Shown in pieces: positions 24,112-32,000 of a stretch of 32,000 nucleotides of DNA. Location of the stretch: positions 267,421 to 299,420 of the forward strand of contig JAEXFN010000005.1 of the NCBI GenBank assembly GCA_023400055.1, in the 5' to 3' direction. The DNA is from Bacillota bacterium (lineage in GTDB: Bacteria > Bacillota > UBA4882 > UBA8346). Positions within the stretch are counted from its first letter, which is position 1; each line of letters begins with the position of its first letter. The notes below the pieces were generated by a model. That model was not told where the DNA came from, searched no databases, and worked only from the letters and a program-made list of their open reading frames with translations. The translations under genes were made by a program, and so were the position numbers.

Positions 24112-24588
24112 ATGGATAATGACCGACAAGCTGGTTTTACGATTTTGGAAATGCTCTTAGCTCTGACCTTACTCGTTTTGATTGCGGTTGCGGTCGCCAA
24201 TACCATAAAGATTCCTTTTCAAGCTCAAGCAACTACCGCGGCCACATTGAGTGAGATTCAGCAGTCGCGGTTATTAATCAACAAAATATTTGATGAATTG
24301 CGGCTGTCAAAAATTATCATTCCTTCGTCGGACAAGACTAGTCTTACTTATCGCCTGCCCTATGATACAACGGACCGCAAGTTTTTTATGGGAAATGATC
24401 ATCTACTCTATAATCAATTGGGTTCCAAGGTTAAACTGGTTACGAGACGCACTGCTAAAGAAGTAAGGTTTAGCTATAATCCGGATGATCCGAAAGGGGA
24501 GACGCTGGACGTTATCATTACATTTCCGGATTCATCCACCTTGTCCACTACGGTCAAAGCATTAAATATTGGCGTAGAGGAGGAATGA
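24112..24588 (+). CDS. Type IV minor pilin (PilW/GspJ-like) (set B)
   Basis: 'MDNDRQAG|FTILEMLLALTLLVLIAVAV' is a class III signal with Glu5. It is tightly packed between the neighbouring pseudopilin genes. Confidence 0.85.
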   Translation: MDNDRQAGFTILEMLLALTLLVLIAVAVANTIKIPFQAQATTAATLSEIQQSRLLINKIFDELRLSKIIIPSSDKTSLTYRLPYDTTDRKFFMGNDHLLYNQLGSKVKLVTRRTAKEVRFSYNPDDPKGETLDVIITFPDSSTLSTTVKALNIGVEEE

Positions 24589-24589
24589 C

Positions 24590-26038
24590 ATGATGAAGAA
24601 CCAAGAAGGAGCAGCGCTTCCTATGGTTTTAGGTATAGTAACCCTCTTATTTATTGTAGTAGCCGCCTTAATGCCTTTATTAACCAATGAAGTCCGTTTC
24701 TCAAGTATTGACACTAATACGGTTATTATGCATTACGCTGCTGAAGCTGCAGTCAAGAACGCGATGAAGGAAATTCAAGCCATGCTCTGCACGCCAGGGA
24801 CTATCGATTTTTCGAAGATACCGAAGAAGACCGTATCGGGTATAAAAATTTCGGATTCTTCTCCGGTGACACTTTCATATGAATATGGATATGGAACGGA
24901 TGCTAGCAATCAGCCTAGGTTTACAATTAAGGGAACCGGTAATTATGGCAGTTTGACCGATATTGTTTACGCCAATGTCTATTTACGAGTGAGTCCAGTA
25001 AAAGTATATCCAGAAGGCGTGGTTGACCTCATTAACACTGGATTTTATTCGCATACCGATCATAATCCGAATAGTGGGATAAATAAAGAGGCACGTTGGG
25101 GAATTGACAAAACGGTCCAACCCAATACCGCCGATCCGAACATTCCAGGACTGGATGCTTCCCAGATTATGTTCTCGGCTGCAAGCGAAAAGGATAACTT
25201 AGACATAGCTTATCGGGCGATTGCAACTTATATGACAGGTAAAAATTCCAACGGAGGCGGTTATGGAATCTATTATGGTATGATCGGAAATGCCGACAAT
25301 ATGAATGCTTACGTTTTTCAATACGACCCGGGGGCATGCAATGATACTTCCAAGAGGTATTCGGCATATGATTATAAAACGACAGGGGGTACAATGTTAG
25401 TCAAAAAGGTGATTTTCGAACCTAATGTGTATGCGGATACCTCAGGAGTCAGTTCCAAGTTTAAAACAAACACTGCAAAAAGCCCAGGTTACCAAGAAAA
25501 AAATAATTGGGGAATAGCAAGTGGGAGCGATTCAAATTATTATGCCCTTCCCTTTGAAGAGGCACAAAAATACGGCAGTGTAACAGAAGTACTACGGGTA
25601 CCCCTCTATACGTCTGATGAAACCTATAAAAGTGGAAATACAACTTATTCTAATGGTGCAAGCCTTCAAACTCAAATGAATAAATACTATACTGAAAGCG
25701 GCAAATCTGCTAATTTTAATCCGAAAGATGCACACACAATTGATATTAGAGTAAACATGGACACAGATGGCCGCTTTTGGCACAAAATTTATGTAGACGA
25801 TAATCCAAATCCCATATTAAAATTTGTTGACCACTCAACCAAAAGCACAAAGACGGGCACGGTTTTAGCCGGGGATTATATCATCGACGGTAAGACCCGG
25901 ATGTTCCGTGGGACATATAATGGGCTTCGTGCGTGGTCTCAAGATAATGTAAAGGTAACATTTTTAAATGAAAACCATAAGGAAGATAACAATACTCAGC
26001 TTGTTTATAAGTCAAGAATTTGGGGAAAGTATAATTAA
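24590..26038 (+). CDS. Large PilX_N-type minor pilin / putative pilus-tip protein with an uncharacterised Tyr/Asn/Lys-rich globular domain (set B)
   Basis: SD GGAGGAGGAA is present. The N-terminus 'QEGAALPMVLGIVTLLFIVVAALMPLL...MHYAAEAAVKNAMKEI' parallels that of the 474-aa set-A protein. I recognise no motif in the remaining ~400 aa. Confidence 0.65.
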   Translation: MMKNQEGAALPMVLGIVTLLFIVVAALMPLLTNEVRFSSIDTNTVIMHYAAEAAVKNAMKEIQAMLCTPGTIDFSKIPKKTVSGIKISDSSPVTLSYEYGYGTDASNQPRFTIKGTGNYGSLTDIVYANVYLRVSPVKVYPEGVVDLINTGFYSHTDHNPNSGINKEARWGIDKTVQPNTADPNIPGLDASQIMFSAASEKDNLDIAYRAIATYMTGKNSNGGGYGIYYGMIGNADNMNAYVFQYDPGACNDTSKRYSAYDYKTTGGTMLVKKVIFEPNVYADTSGVSSKFKTNTAKSPGYQEKNNWGIASGSDSNYYALPFEEAQKYGSVTEVLRVPLYTSDETYKSGNTTYSNGASLQTQMNKYYTESGKSANFNPKDAHTIDIRVNMDTDGRFWHKIYVDDNPNPILKFVDHSTKSTKTGTVLAGDYIIDGKTRMFRGTYNGLRAWSQDNVKVTFLNENHKEDNNTQLVYKSRIWGKYN

Positions 26039-26062
26039 AATTAGAATGCAGAATAAATTATT

Positions 26063-26087
26063 GCTCCGATTTCGACCGGAGCTTTTT
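26063..26087 (+). terminator. Rho-independent terminator after minor-pilin set B
   Basis: GCTCCG (26063-26068) and CGGAGC (26077-26082) form a stem with an 8-nt loop, followed by TTTTT. Confidence 0.75.
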
Positions 26088-26136
26088 ATTTAGCTTAATT
26101 AAAGTATCCAAGACCAATCCTGGACATACTACCTCC

Positions 26137-26592
26137 ATGGCTTATATCCTCACCACCATTTTTCTCTGGGCCGTATTTTTTTTAGTTGTACCGGGCCGCG
26201 ACTGGCGGAAATATTATCCGGTCATTATTTTTACGGCTTTGCTCGGTACAATCTCGGATCTGTTGGGCGTCAGGCTTGATCAATGGGCTTACTATGGGCC
26301 GGTGGTCGGGGGGTTGAGCCTCTGGTCCGACCTGGGGATCGCCCCGGCGGAAGGCGGGATTTTCATTAAGTTTTTCCCGACTCGGCAATCGGCGCTGTTT
26401 AAAGTTCTTTACTGTGTGGCTTGGTCGGCCGTGAATGCCGCCTTTGAGTGGTTCTTTGTCTGGGTCGGCTGGATTGGCTATGATCATTGGAATCCGCTCC
26501 GGGCTTTTTTATTTTATATCGTATTTTTTGGACTCATCTTCTTGCAGGAGAGATGGTATAATGGAACCGGACGCTTCAATCATTTGGATTAA
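26137..26592 (+). CDS. Small polytopic membrane protein (possibly CBO0543 family)
   Basis: 151 aa with 4-5 hydrophobic segments. The N-terminal 'LWAVFFLVVPGRDWRKYYPVIIFTALLG' resembles, from memory, the CBO0543 family of spore-former membrane proteins. This was not verified. Confidence 0.45.
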   Translation: MAYILTTIFLWAVFFLVVPGRDWRKYYPVIIFTALLGTISDLLGVRLDQWAYYGPVVGGLSLWSDLGIAPAEGGIFIKFFPTRQSALFKVLYCVAWSAVNAAFEWFFVWVGWIGYDHWNPLRAFLFYIVFFGLIFLQERWYNGTGRFNHLD

Positions 26593-26603
26593 ACGGTGAG
26601 ATT

Positions 26604-27896
26604 ATGGTCAGATACAGAAAAGCGGAATTTAACGACCGGGACGAGCTGCTGGACTTGATCGCCCGGGGCTTCGCAGTCGATTCCCAAGGCCGGGTCGACT
26701 TGCGGGAAGGTGAAGATCACCGGATTTTGTTTACATATTTATACGCTTTGCCCGATTGGGATCCCAATCGGGTATTTGTGGCCGAGGAAGCCGGGCGCTT
26801 GCTGGCGGCGGTGGGTTTTTTCCCGCAAGTGCTTTCCTTTGCCAATCGGGACATTCCGGTGTGGGCCATTTCCCCGGTGGTCACCGCTCCGAACCAGCGT
26901 GGCCGGGGCTTGGCCGGTCATTGCTTGAATTTTGGAATGGCCGAGGTAAGAAAACGGGGGATAACCGCCGTTTTCTTGTGGGGAATTCCCGATTTTTATC
27001 CTAAGTTCGGTTTCGTTCCCTTGTTGCCCCGTTACCGGACGCGGCTGACGCTCAAACCGGGTCAGCAATTTTCTCACGGTGCCCAAGCGACAGAGCCGGG
27101 GAGTTTACGGCCCATCGTACCGGGAGATGCTTCCCGAATTCGGGATTTGTATTCGGCCGGCAACAGCCATTACTGGCTGCAGCCGGTGCGGACGGCTGAC
27201 TGGTGGCGCGATCGCCTGGCGGAATTGGATATCGAGTCCGGCGTGCTTCGCGAGGTGCCTTACCCGGAGCGGCGCCAGTTCCTGGTCTGGGAGAAGCCCG
27301 GCGGGATCGTCGAAGGGTATTTGTATTTTAAAGAGGAAGTTGAAAGAGCAAGGATAGTTATTACGGAAGCCGTGGCAGCCAGTTATGCCACAGCGGCGGC
27401 GATGTTGCGACAGTTCGTCGCAGAATTTGTTGCCGAGACCGATCTCGCTTCGCAAATTACCAACGTTGTGATTTTGGGGACTCCGCAGCATTTCTTAAAC
27501 AGCGCCGCCTACCGGATGGGCGGAACCCACCTCGATCCGGCGCCACGCTTCGGAATGGTCAAAGTGCTTGACTGGGAGCTCTTTCTGGCCGCGTTGCAAC
27601 CGTTGTTTCAGGAACGTTTGCAGCGCGCTGCGCCAGATCTGGCCCAGGAAGCGATCATTCGGCTGAAGCTGGACGGCACGGTGCTGAAGGTCGAAAAGGA
27701 TGGCGCTGGTCATTCCGGGTTGCGTTTTGCGAGCAAACCGCCGGAATCGCCCGAGGCGCTGCAATTATTGACGAGATTGGTTTTTGGCTTCTATGATCCG
27801 AGCGATCTGAGCCAGATCGAGTTAGCGGACGAGTTGCGGCAGCGGCTTTTTCCGTTCCAATATCCGTTTATATGGGATGCCAATTATCTGTACTAA
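26604..27896 (+). CDS. GNAT family N-acetyltransferase, Eis-like three-domain architecture
   Basis: The acetyl-CoA motif 'NQRGRGLAGHCLNFGMAEVRKRG' and 'PDFYPKFGFVP' are present. The 430-aa length, with a second degenerate GNAT and a C-terminal SCP2-like part, is typical of the Eis/YpeA-like family. Confidence 0.75.
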   Translation: MVRYRKAEFNDRDELLDLIARGFAVDSQGRVDLREGEDHRILFTYLYALPDWDPNRVFVAEEAGRLLAAVGFFPQVLSFANRDIPVWAISPVVTAPNQRGRGLAGHCLNFGMAEVRKRGITAVFLWGIPDFYPKFGFVPLLPRYRTRLTLKPGQQFSHGAQATEPGSLRPIVPGDASRIRDLYSAGNSHYWLQPVRTADWWRDRLAELDIESGVLREVPYPERRQFLVWEKPGGIVEGYLYFKEEVERARIVITEAVAASYATAAAMLRQFVAEFVAETDLASQITNVVILGTPQHFLNSAAYRMGGTHLDPAPRFGMVKVLDWELFLAALQPLFQERLQRAAPDLAQEAIIRLKLDGTVLKVEKDGAGHSGLRFASKPPESPEALQLLTRLVFGFYDPSDLSQIELADELRQRLFPFQYPFIWDANYLY

Positions 27897-28075
27897 ATAT
27901 TAACGCTGGCCTTGTTGCAACTTAAATCCGATTATCAAATTAACTCGGCCAGGGAATGCACAGTAACTTTGTTTTCTTAAACTATCTAGACAATCAGAGT
28001 AACAATCAATATTTGATATTTTAATATTTTATTGAAATATGCTAATATTGTGTCGTGAATTTCTATTTCATTGCC

Positions 28076-28308
28076 GGATAATTTAATTATTGAGTTGAAA
28101 ATATTGATTATCGAGAACGATAATTCGTTTTTTCAGATCGAAAATTTTATTTTTCAGATCGATAATTAAATTATCGTGATGAAAAAATTGATTATCGTGA
28201 TCGAAAGATCGATTGTCATGATCGAAAGATCAATTATCGTGATCGAAAATTTAATTCTTCGGCTGGAAAATTGAATTATCGGGAACGAGAAATTAATTAT
28301 CGTAGCTG
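28076..28308. repeat. AT-rich tandem array of 11 degenerate 20-22-bp units (consensus about GAAAAWTNAATTATCGTGATC), GATC-dense
   Basis: Units start at 28076, 28097, 28119, 28140, 28161, 28181, 28203, 28224, 28245, 28266 and 28287. There are seven GATC sites within 28136-28244. Junctions form the palindrome TGATC-GAAA-GATCA. Confidence 0.85.
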
Positions 28309-28551
28309 TTTTAAAATAAAAAGCACTTTGGTAACTTTGGTGCGAACTGATTTAATATTCTGATTCACAAATTTTGTTTCAAAGACGAAGTTTTTTGTGA
28401 ATGATAATTTTCGTGATAAATCATGACAGTGCAATGATTGATGTTACGCGGGCCGGATTTGGGAGAGCTTGCCGGGTTGGCGGGTCGATCCCGGCGTGAC
28501 GTGAATCGTTATTTTCGGTATGGATAGCCGTTACAATATAGGGAGGAACGT

Positions 28552-29667
28552 TTGGAACCACTCGCTTTAACAAAAGCTGCCTTATATACGCCATTTTCAT
28601 TGATCATGGAAGCCACGGTTCTGGTGGATCAGGGTAAAATTATGGCCGCCGGAGCGGCGGAACAAGTCGCAATTCCGGCGGGATTCCGCGAGGTTCCGCT
28701 GGAGGGGTTGATTTTAGCGCCAGGTTTCATCGATCAGCATATCCACGGCAACGGTCGCGCCGACGTCATGGATGGCCGCCCGCAGTCCCTCGCGGAAATC
28801 GCCAGGATCCAGGCGACTCATGGCGTCACTGCTTTTCTGGCCACGACAACGGCGGCATCACGGCAGAGTCTGCTCCAAGTCGCGCGGGCTTATGCCGAGC
28901 TCACGACGGAGAATACCTATAAAGGCGCCCGTTGTATCGGCTTGCATTTGGAAGGACCTTATCTGGCGCCGGGGAAAGCCGGGGCTCATGGCCAGGCCAA
29001 TCTGCGCTGGCCGAATCTGGAAGAGGTCATGGCCGTGGATGAAATGAGCGGCCATGGTGTAAAAATGATTACGATGGCCCCCGAGTTGCCGGGGGCGATG
29101 GAAGTCGCCCGGGAGTTAAGAGACGGCGGAATAACCGTTTCCATCGGCCATAGCGAGGCAACTTACGAAGCGGCGCAAGCGGCGATGATGGGTGGCTTTT
29201 CATGTGCCACCCATTGTTTTCGGGAATGGCCGCCATTGGAACCCCAGCAGCCGGGGGCCCTGGGGGCTGTCTTAACGAAGGCCGATTTGCCAATCGAGCT
29301 GATCGTGAACGGATACGACCTGCATCGGGCTGTAATTGAGCTGGCTTGGAAGGTCAAAGGCCCGGAGCGGATCATCCTGGCAAGCAACGGCGTTCCCGAC
29401 GGTTCGCCAAATTCCGAAGCCGATCCGGCCCGGGAGGTTTTGACACTGGACGCGGCGGTTCGCAATATGCTGGCGGCGGTAGATGCTGATCTCGCGGATA
29501 TTTTGCGGATGGCGACCTATAATCCGGCCAAGCTGTTAGGCGTCAATAAGCGGAAAGGGAGCATTTATCCGGGCAAAGACGCCGACATTATCGCGTTGAC
29601 CACCGATCTCGACGTGGTCATGACCATGGTCGAGGGGGAGGTCATCAGCGGGTTGATCTCTTTATAA
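28552..29667 (+). CDS. nagA: N-acetylglucosamine-6-phosphate deacetylase
   Basis: SD GGGAGGA precedes the TTG start. Amidohydrolase motifs 'PGFIDQHIHG', 'HLEGPYL', 'SIGHSEATYE', 'THCF' and 'GSIYPGKDADIIAL' are present. Length is 371 aa. Confidence 0.85.
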   Translation: MEPLALTKAALYTPFSLIMEATVLVDQGKIMAAGAAEQVAIPAGFREVPLEGLILAPGFIDQHIHGNGRADVMDGRPQSLAEIARIQATHGVTAFLATTTAASRQSLLQVARAYAELTTENTYKGARCIGLHLEGPYLAPGKAGAHGQANLRWPNLEEVMAVDEMSGHGVKMITMAPELPGAMEVARELRDGGITVSIGHSEATYEAAQAAMMGGFSCATHCFREWPPLEPQQPGALGAVLTKADLPIELIVNGYDLHRAVIELAWKVKGPERIILASNGVPDGSPNSEADPAREVLTLDAAVRNMLAAVDADLADILRMATYNPAKLLGVNKRKGSIYPGKDADIIALTTDLDVVMTMVEGEVISGLISL

Positions 29668-29745
29668 TGCCGCTGGGGATAAGCGATTCCGCGCGGGTGG
29701 CATTTTAAGGAACTTTCCCGAAATTAACGGGCTCAAGGAGCGATC

Positions 29746-30327
29746 ATGAGAATTCTGGCTGTATCCGACATCGAAGAAGGTCTGTTGGCCGCGGAGACGA
29801 AAAAAATCGCCGGCGTGGATTTGATTGTCTCTTGTGGCGATTTAAATGAAAGTTATTTGTCTTATTTATCGACGATCTATGGCGTGCCGCTTTTTTTTGT
29901 CCGCGGCAATCATGATCAGGAGTTGACTTCCGATGGCCCGGTGGGTGAAAACCTGCATAACCGGTTTCTTTCGTACCGGAAACTCCGCTTCCTGGGTTTC
30001 GAGGGTTCGATCGATTATACCCGGCATGCGGTTCAATACACGGAGGCCGAGATGGGATGGATGGTCAAACTGGCTTGCCTGAAAAAAGTGTTTCACGGTT
30101 CGCCGGACATCGTGGTTACGCACGCTCCGCCCCGGGGGATTTATGAGGCGACGGATCGCTGCCATACGGGTTTTCAATCGTTCAATTATCTGATCCGCAA
30201 ACTTCGGCCGAAATATTTCCTCCACGGACATATTCATCTGAACTATCAACGGAATTTACCCCGGATTTCCAATATCAATGACACTATGGTTATTAACGTA
30301 TATGGACACTATGTTCTCGACGTGTAG
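29746..30327 (+). CDS. Metallophosphoesterase (calcineurin-like)
   Basis: The ordered motifs 'ILAVSDIE', 'SCGDL', 'VRGNHD', 'VTHAPP' and 'LHGHIH' are present. Length is 193 aa, and SD AAGGAG lies upstream. Confidence 0.85.
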   Translation: MRILAVSDIEEGLLAAETKKIAGVDLIVSCGDLNESYLSYLSTIYGVPLFFVRGNHDQELTSDGPVGENLHNRFLSYRKLRFLGFEGSIDYTRHAVQYTEAEMGWMVKLACLKKVFHGSPDIVVTHAPPRGIYEATDRCHTGFQSFNYLIRKLRPKYFLHGHIHLNYQRNLPRISNINDTMVINVYGHYVLDV

Positions 30328-30333
30328 GGGGTA

Positions 30334-31311
30334 ATGATGTTTAGGCGCCGGAACAGAAACACCTTTCAAGAATTATATAAGGCCGAGAAATTATCGGAAA
30401 TCCTTTATCATGGGGTTCGGCCCATCGAGGTCGCCCAGATCAAGGGGAGCGTTAATCGCTGGCGTGAATTCGATCAGCAGTTTCGGACGGAGCGGGCCGA
30501 TAAAGCGAAGTTGCGGTCCGTCACGGCGGCCATGGAGCGGGGAGTGATCTTTCCGCCCATCAGCGTCTATAAAGTGCGGGACGATTATTATGTGATTGAC
30601 GGAAATCACCGGGTGGCGGCGGCGAAAGAGATCGGGCAGTCCTATATCGACGCTGAGATCAGTGAATTATTGCCGCCGGCGGATTCCGTCGAACATCGCT
30701 TGTGGCGCGAGCGGACGCGTTTTGAATGGAAAACCGGCCTGACGATCCGTTTAACGGTACGGGAGTCTTATAATCGGCTGCTGGTTTATATCCGGCTGTT
30801 TGCCAAGCAGTATTACGCCAAGACCCATCAGCCTTTAAAAATGAAGGAAGCCGCTTCGTTGTGGAAGGAGCAGGTTTACCAACCGGTGCTCCAGATCATC
30901 GCCGAACGGGGCCTCAATGTTTGCTATCCACTTTATACGATGGATGATCTTTTTGTATTTGTGATTCATCATCAACTTTTTAAATCCCATCTTCAAAGAA
31001 GAAGCATCGATCCGCTGGAAGCGGTAACTGATTTTTGCGACAAAGCGGCGGCAGAACCCTCCTTTCAACTGCCCGATCTGTTGAAAGGAATGGTTTTCAA
31101 GCGGCGTTGCAAGCAGTTGTGTCTGCATTGCAGCAAAAAATGTCCGGAAGGATTGATCTGCCTTGAGGACGGACAGCTGCAGATCGCTGAGAACTGTAAA
31201 GGGTGCGGGGCTTGCGCCTCGGAGTGCCCCGGCGGCAATTTGTCTTCGTATGAGCAATTTGTAGACGCCAATGGCTTGTTATTATATAATACAACACATA
31301 CCCATCCATAG
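30334..31311 (+). CDS. ParB/Srx-fold N-terminal domain protein fused to a C-terminal 2x[4Fe-4S] ferredoxin-like module
   Basis: 'VYKVRDDYYVIDGNHRVAAAKEIG' is the ParB-like nuclease/sulfiredoxin DGxHR core. The C-terminal Cys clusters are 'CKQLCLHCSKKCP' and the canonical 'CKGCGACASECP'. A 6-nt gap separates it from the phosphoesterase gene. Confidence 0.7.
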   Translation: MMFRRRNRNTFQELYKAEKLSEILYHGVRPIEVAQIKGSVNRWREFDQQFRTERADKAKLRSVTAAMERGVIFPPISVYKVRDDYYVIDGNHRVAAAKEIGQSYIDAEISELLPPADSVEHRLWRERTRFEWKTGLTIRLTVRESYNRLLVYIRLFAKQYYAKTHQPLKMKEAASLWKEQVYQPVLQIIAERGLNVCYPLYTMDDLFVFVIHHQLFKSHLQRRSIDPLEAVTDFCDKAAAEPSFQLPDLLKGMVFKRRCKQLCLHCSKKCPEGLICLEDGQLQIAENCKGCGACASECPGGNLSSYEQFVDANGLLLYNTTHTHP

Positions 31312-31364
31312 CCAATTGGTTTTGGCACCATAATATACTTGAAAATGGGTTTTTAGGGAGTGTT

Positions 31365-32000
31365 TTGATTTTGGAGTTTTTTGAACAATTGGTGAGCGCG
31401 GTGATGACCGGACGGGGCGGTGAAGTAAAAAAACTGGTAGAAAAGGGGTTGAATGAAGGCCTGTCCGCCGCGGACATTATCCAGCAAGGTTTAATCGGCG
31501 GAATGAATATTATTGCTGAAAAATTTAAAAATAACGAGATTTTCGTCCCCGAGGTCATGCTCGCGGCCCGGGCGATGCATGCGGGATTGGCGATTTTGAA
31601 ACCGCTGCTGGTGGGGACCGGACATCAAGCCATCGGCAGGGTGGTAATCGGTACGGTCAAAGGCGATCAGCACGATATCGGCAAGAATTTGGTGGCGATG
31701 ATGTTGGAGGGAGCCGGCTTTGAAATCATTGATCTCGGCAGCAATGTCGCGACGGAAAAGTTTATTGCAGCGGTTCAGGAGCATCAAGCCAAGATTTTAG
31801 CCTTGTCGGCGCTTTTAACGACCACCATGCCGGAAATGGCAGTGGTGATTCGAGCGTTAGAGATAAACGGGGTGCGGGGAAACGTTAAGGTTATCATCGG
31901 CGGCGCGCCCGTTTCACAAAGCTACGCCGATAAAATCGGGGCCGATGGTTATGCGCCGGACGCTGGCATGGCTGTCGAGCTCGCCAAATCACTAATCTAG
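31365..32000 (+). CDS. Cobalamin-binding corrinoid protein (methyltransferase cognate, MtbC/MttC-like)
   Basis: The B12-binding cap helix bundle is followed by the 'GTVKGDQHDIGKNLV' DxHxxG motif and 'SALLTTTM...IGGAP'. The stop TAG is at 31998-32000. The start could be the TTG at 31365 or at 31371. Confidence 0.88.
   Translation: MILEFFEQLVSAVMTGRGGEVKKLVEKGLNEGLSAADIIQQGLIGGMNIIAEKFKNNEIFVPEVMLAARAMHAGLAILKPLLVGTGHQAIGRVVIGTVKGDQHDIGKNLVAMMLEGAGFEIIDLGSNVATEKFIAAVQEHQAKILALSALLTTTMPEMAVVIRALEINGVRGNVKVIIGGAPVSQSYADKIGADGYAPDAGMAVELAKSLI

Noticed and set aside
28076-28308. Chromosomal replication origin (oriC), because of the AT-richness, GATC clustering and TTATC-containing repeats.
   Set aside because: No dnaA, dnaN or other origin-linked gene is adjacent. 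The repeats match the DnaA-box consensus at only 6/9 positions. GATC/SeqA-type origins are a gammaproteobacterial feature. I kept the region as an unexplained iteron-like array instead.

Overview
This window appears to come from a moderately high-GC bacterium; 60-nt hand counts in housekeeping genes give about 58-68% G+C. All calls rest on reading the sequence and the ORF track, with no database search.

Gene content, left to right:
- A 5'-truncated FAD-dependent oxidoreductase.
- A CUT1-type sugar ABC uptake module: one binding protein and two permeases, with no ATPase gene in the window.
- A C_GCAxxG_C_C redox-family protein.
- A complete type IVa pilus (T4P) system, split into modules:
  - minor-pilin triplet A on the minus strand (4962-7441);
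  - about 3 kb of largely repetitive non-coding DNA, which also holds an outer-membrane beta-barrel gene and a GxxExxY nuclease-family gene;
  - asnB;
  - pilB-pilT-pilC-pilA-pilD;
  - pilM-pilN-pilO, a pilP-like gene and pilQ;
  - minor-pilin triplet B on the plus strand (23635-26038).
- Downstream: a small membrane protein, an Eis-like GNAT, nagA, a metallophosphoesterase, a ParB-like/4Fe-4S fusion protein and a corrinoid protein.

A secretin together with an OMP ending in a C-terminal Phe indicates a diderm envelope. No integrase, transposase, cas gene, tRNA or rRNA was seen.

The features that ordinary annotation does not explain are:
1. A tandem array of 121-bp hairpin-forming units interrupted by the GxxExxY gene.
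2. Two unrelated arrays of 21-22-bp mini-palindromes, at 7.9-8.2 kb and 28.1-28.3 kb.
3. A pair of inverted composite palindromic repeats that bracket the 10.9-kb segment carrying pilBTCAD.
4. Sharp codon and GC breakpoints showing that the surface-exposed pilin parts are compositionally foreign.
5. A secretin with a long disordered tail ending in two LysM domains.
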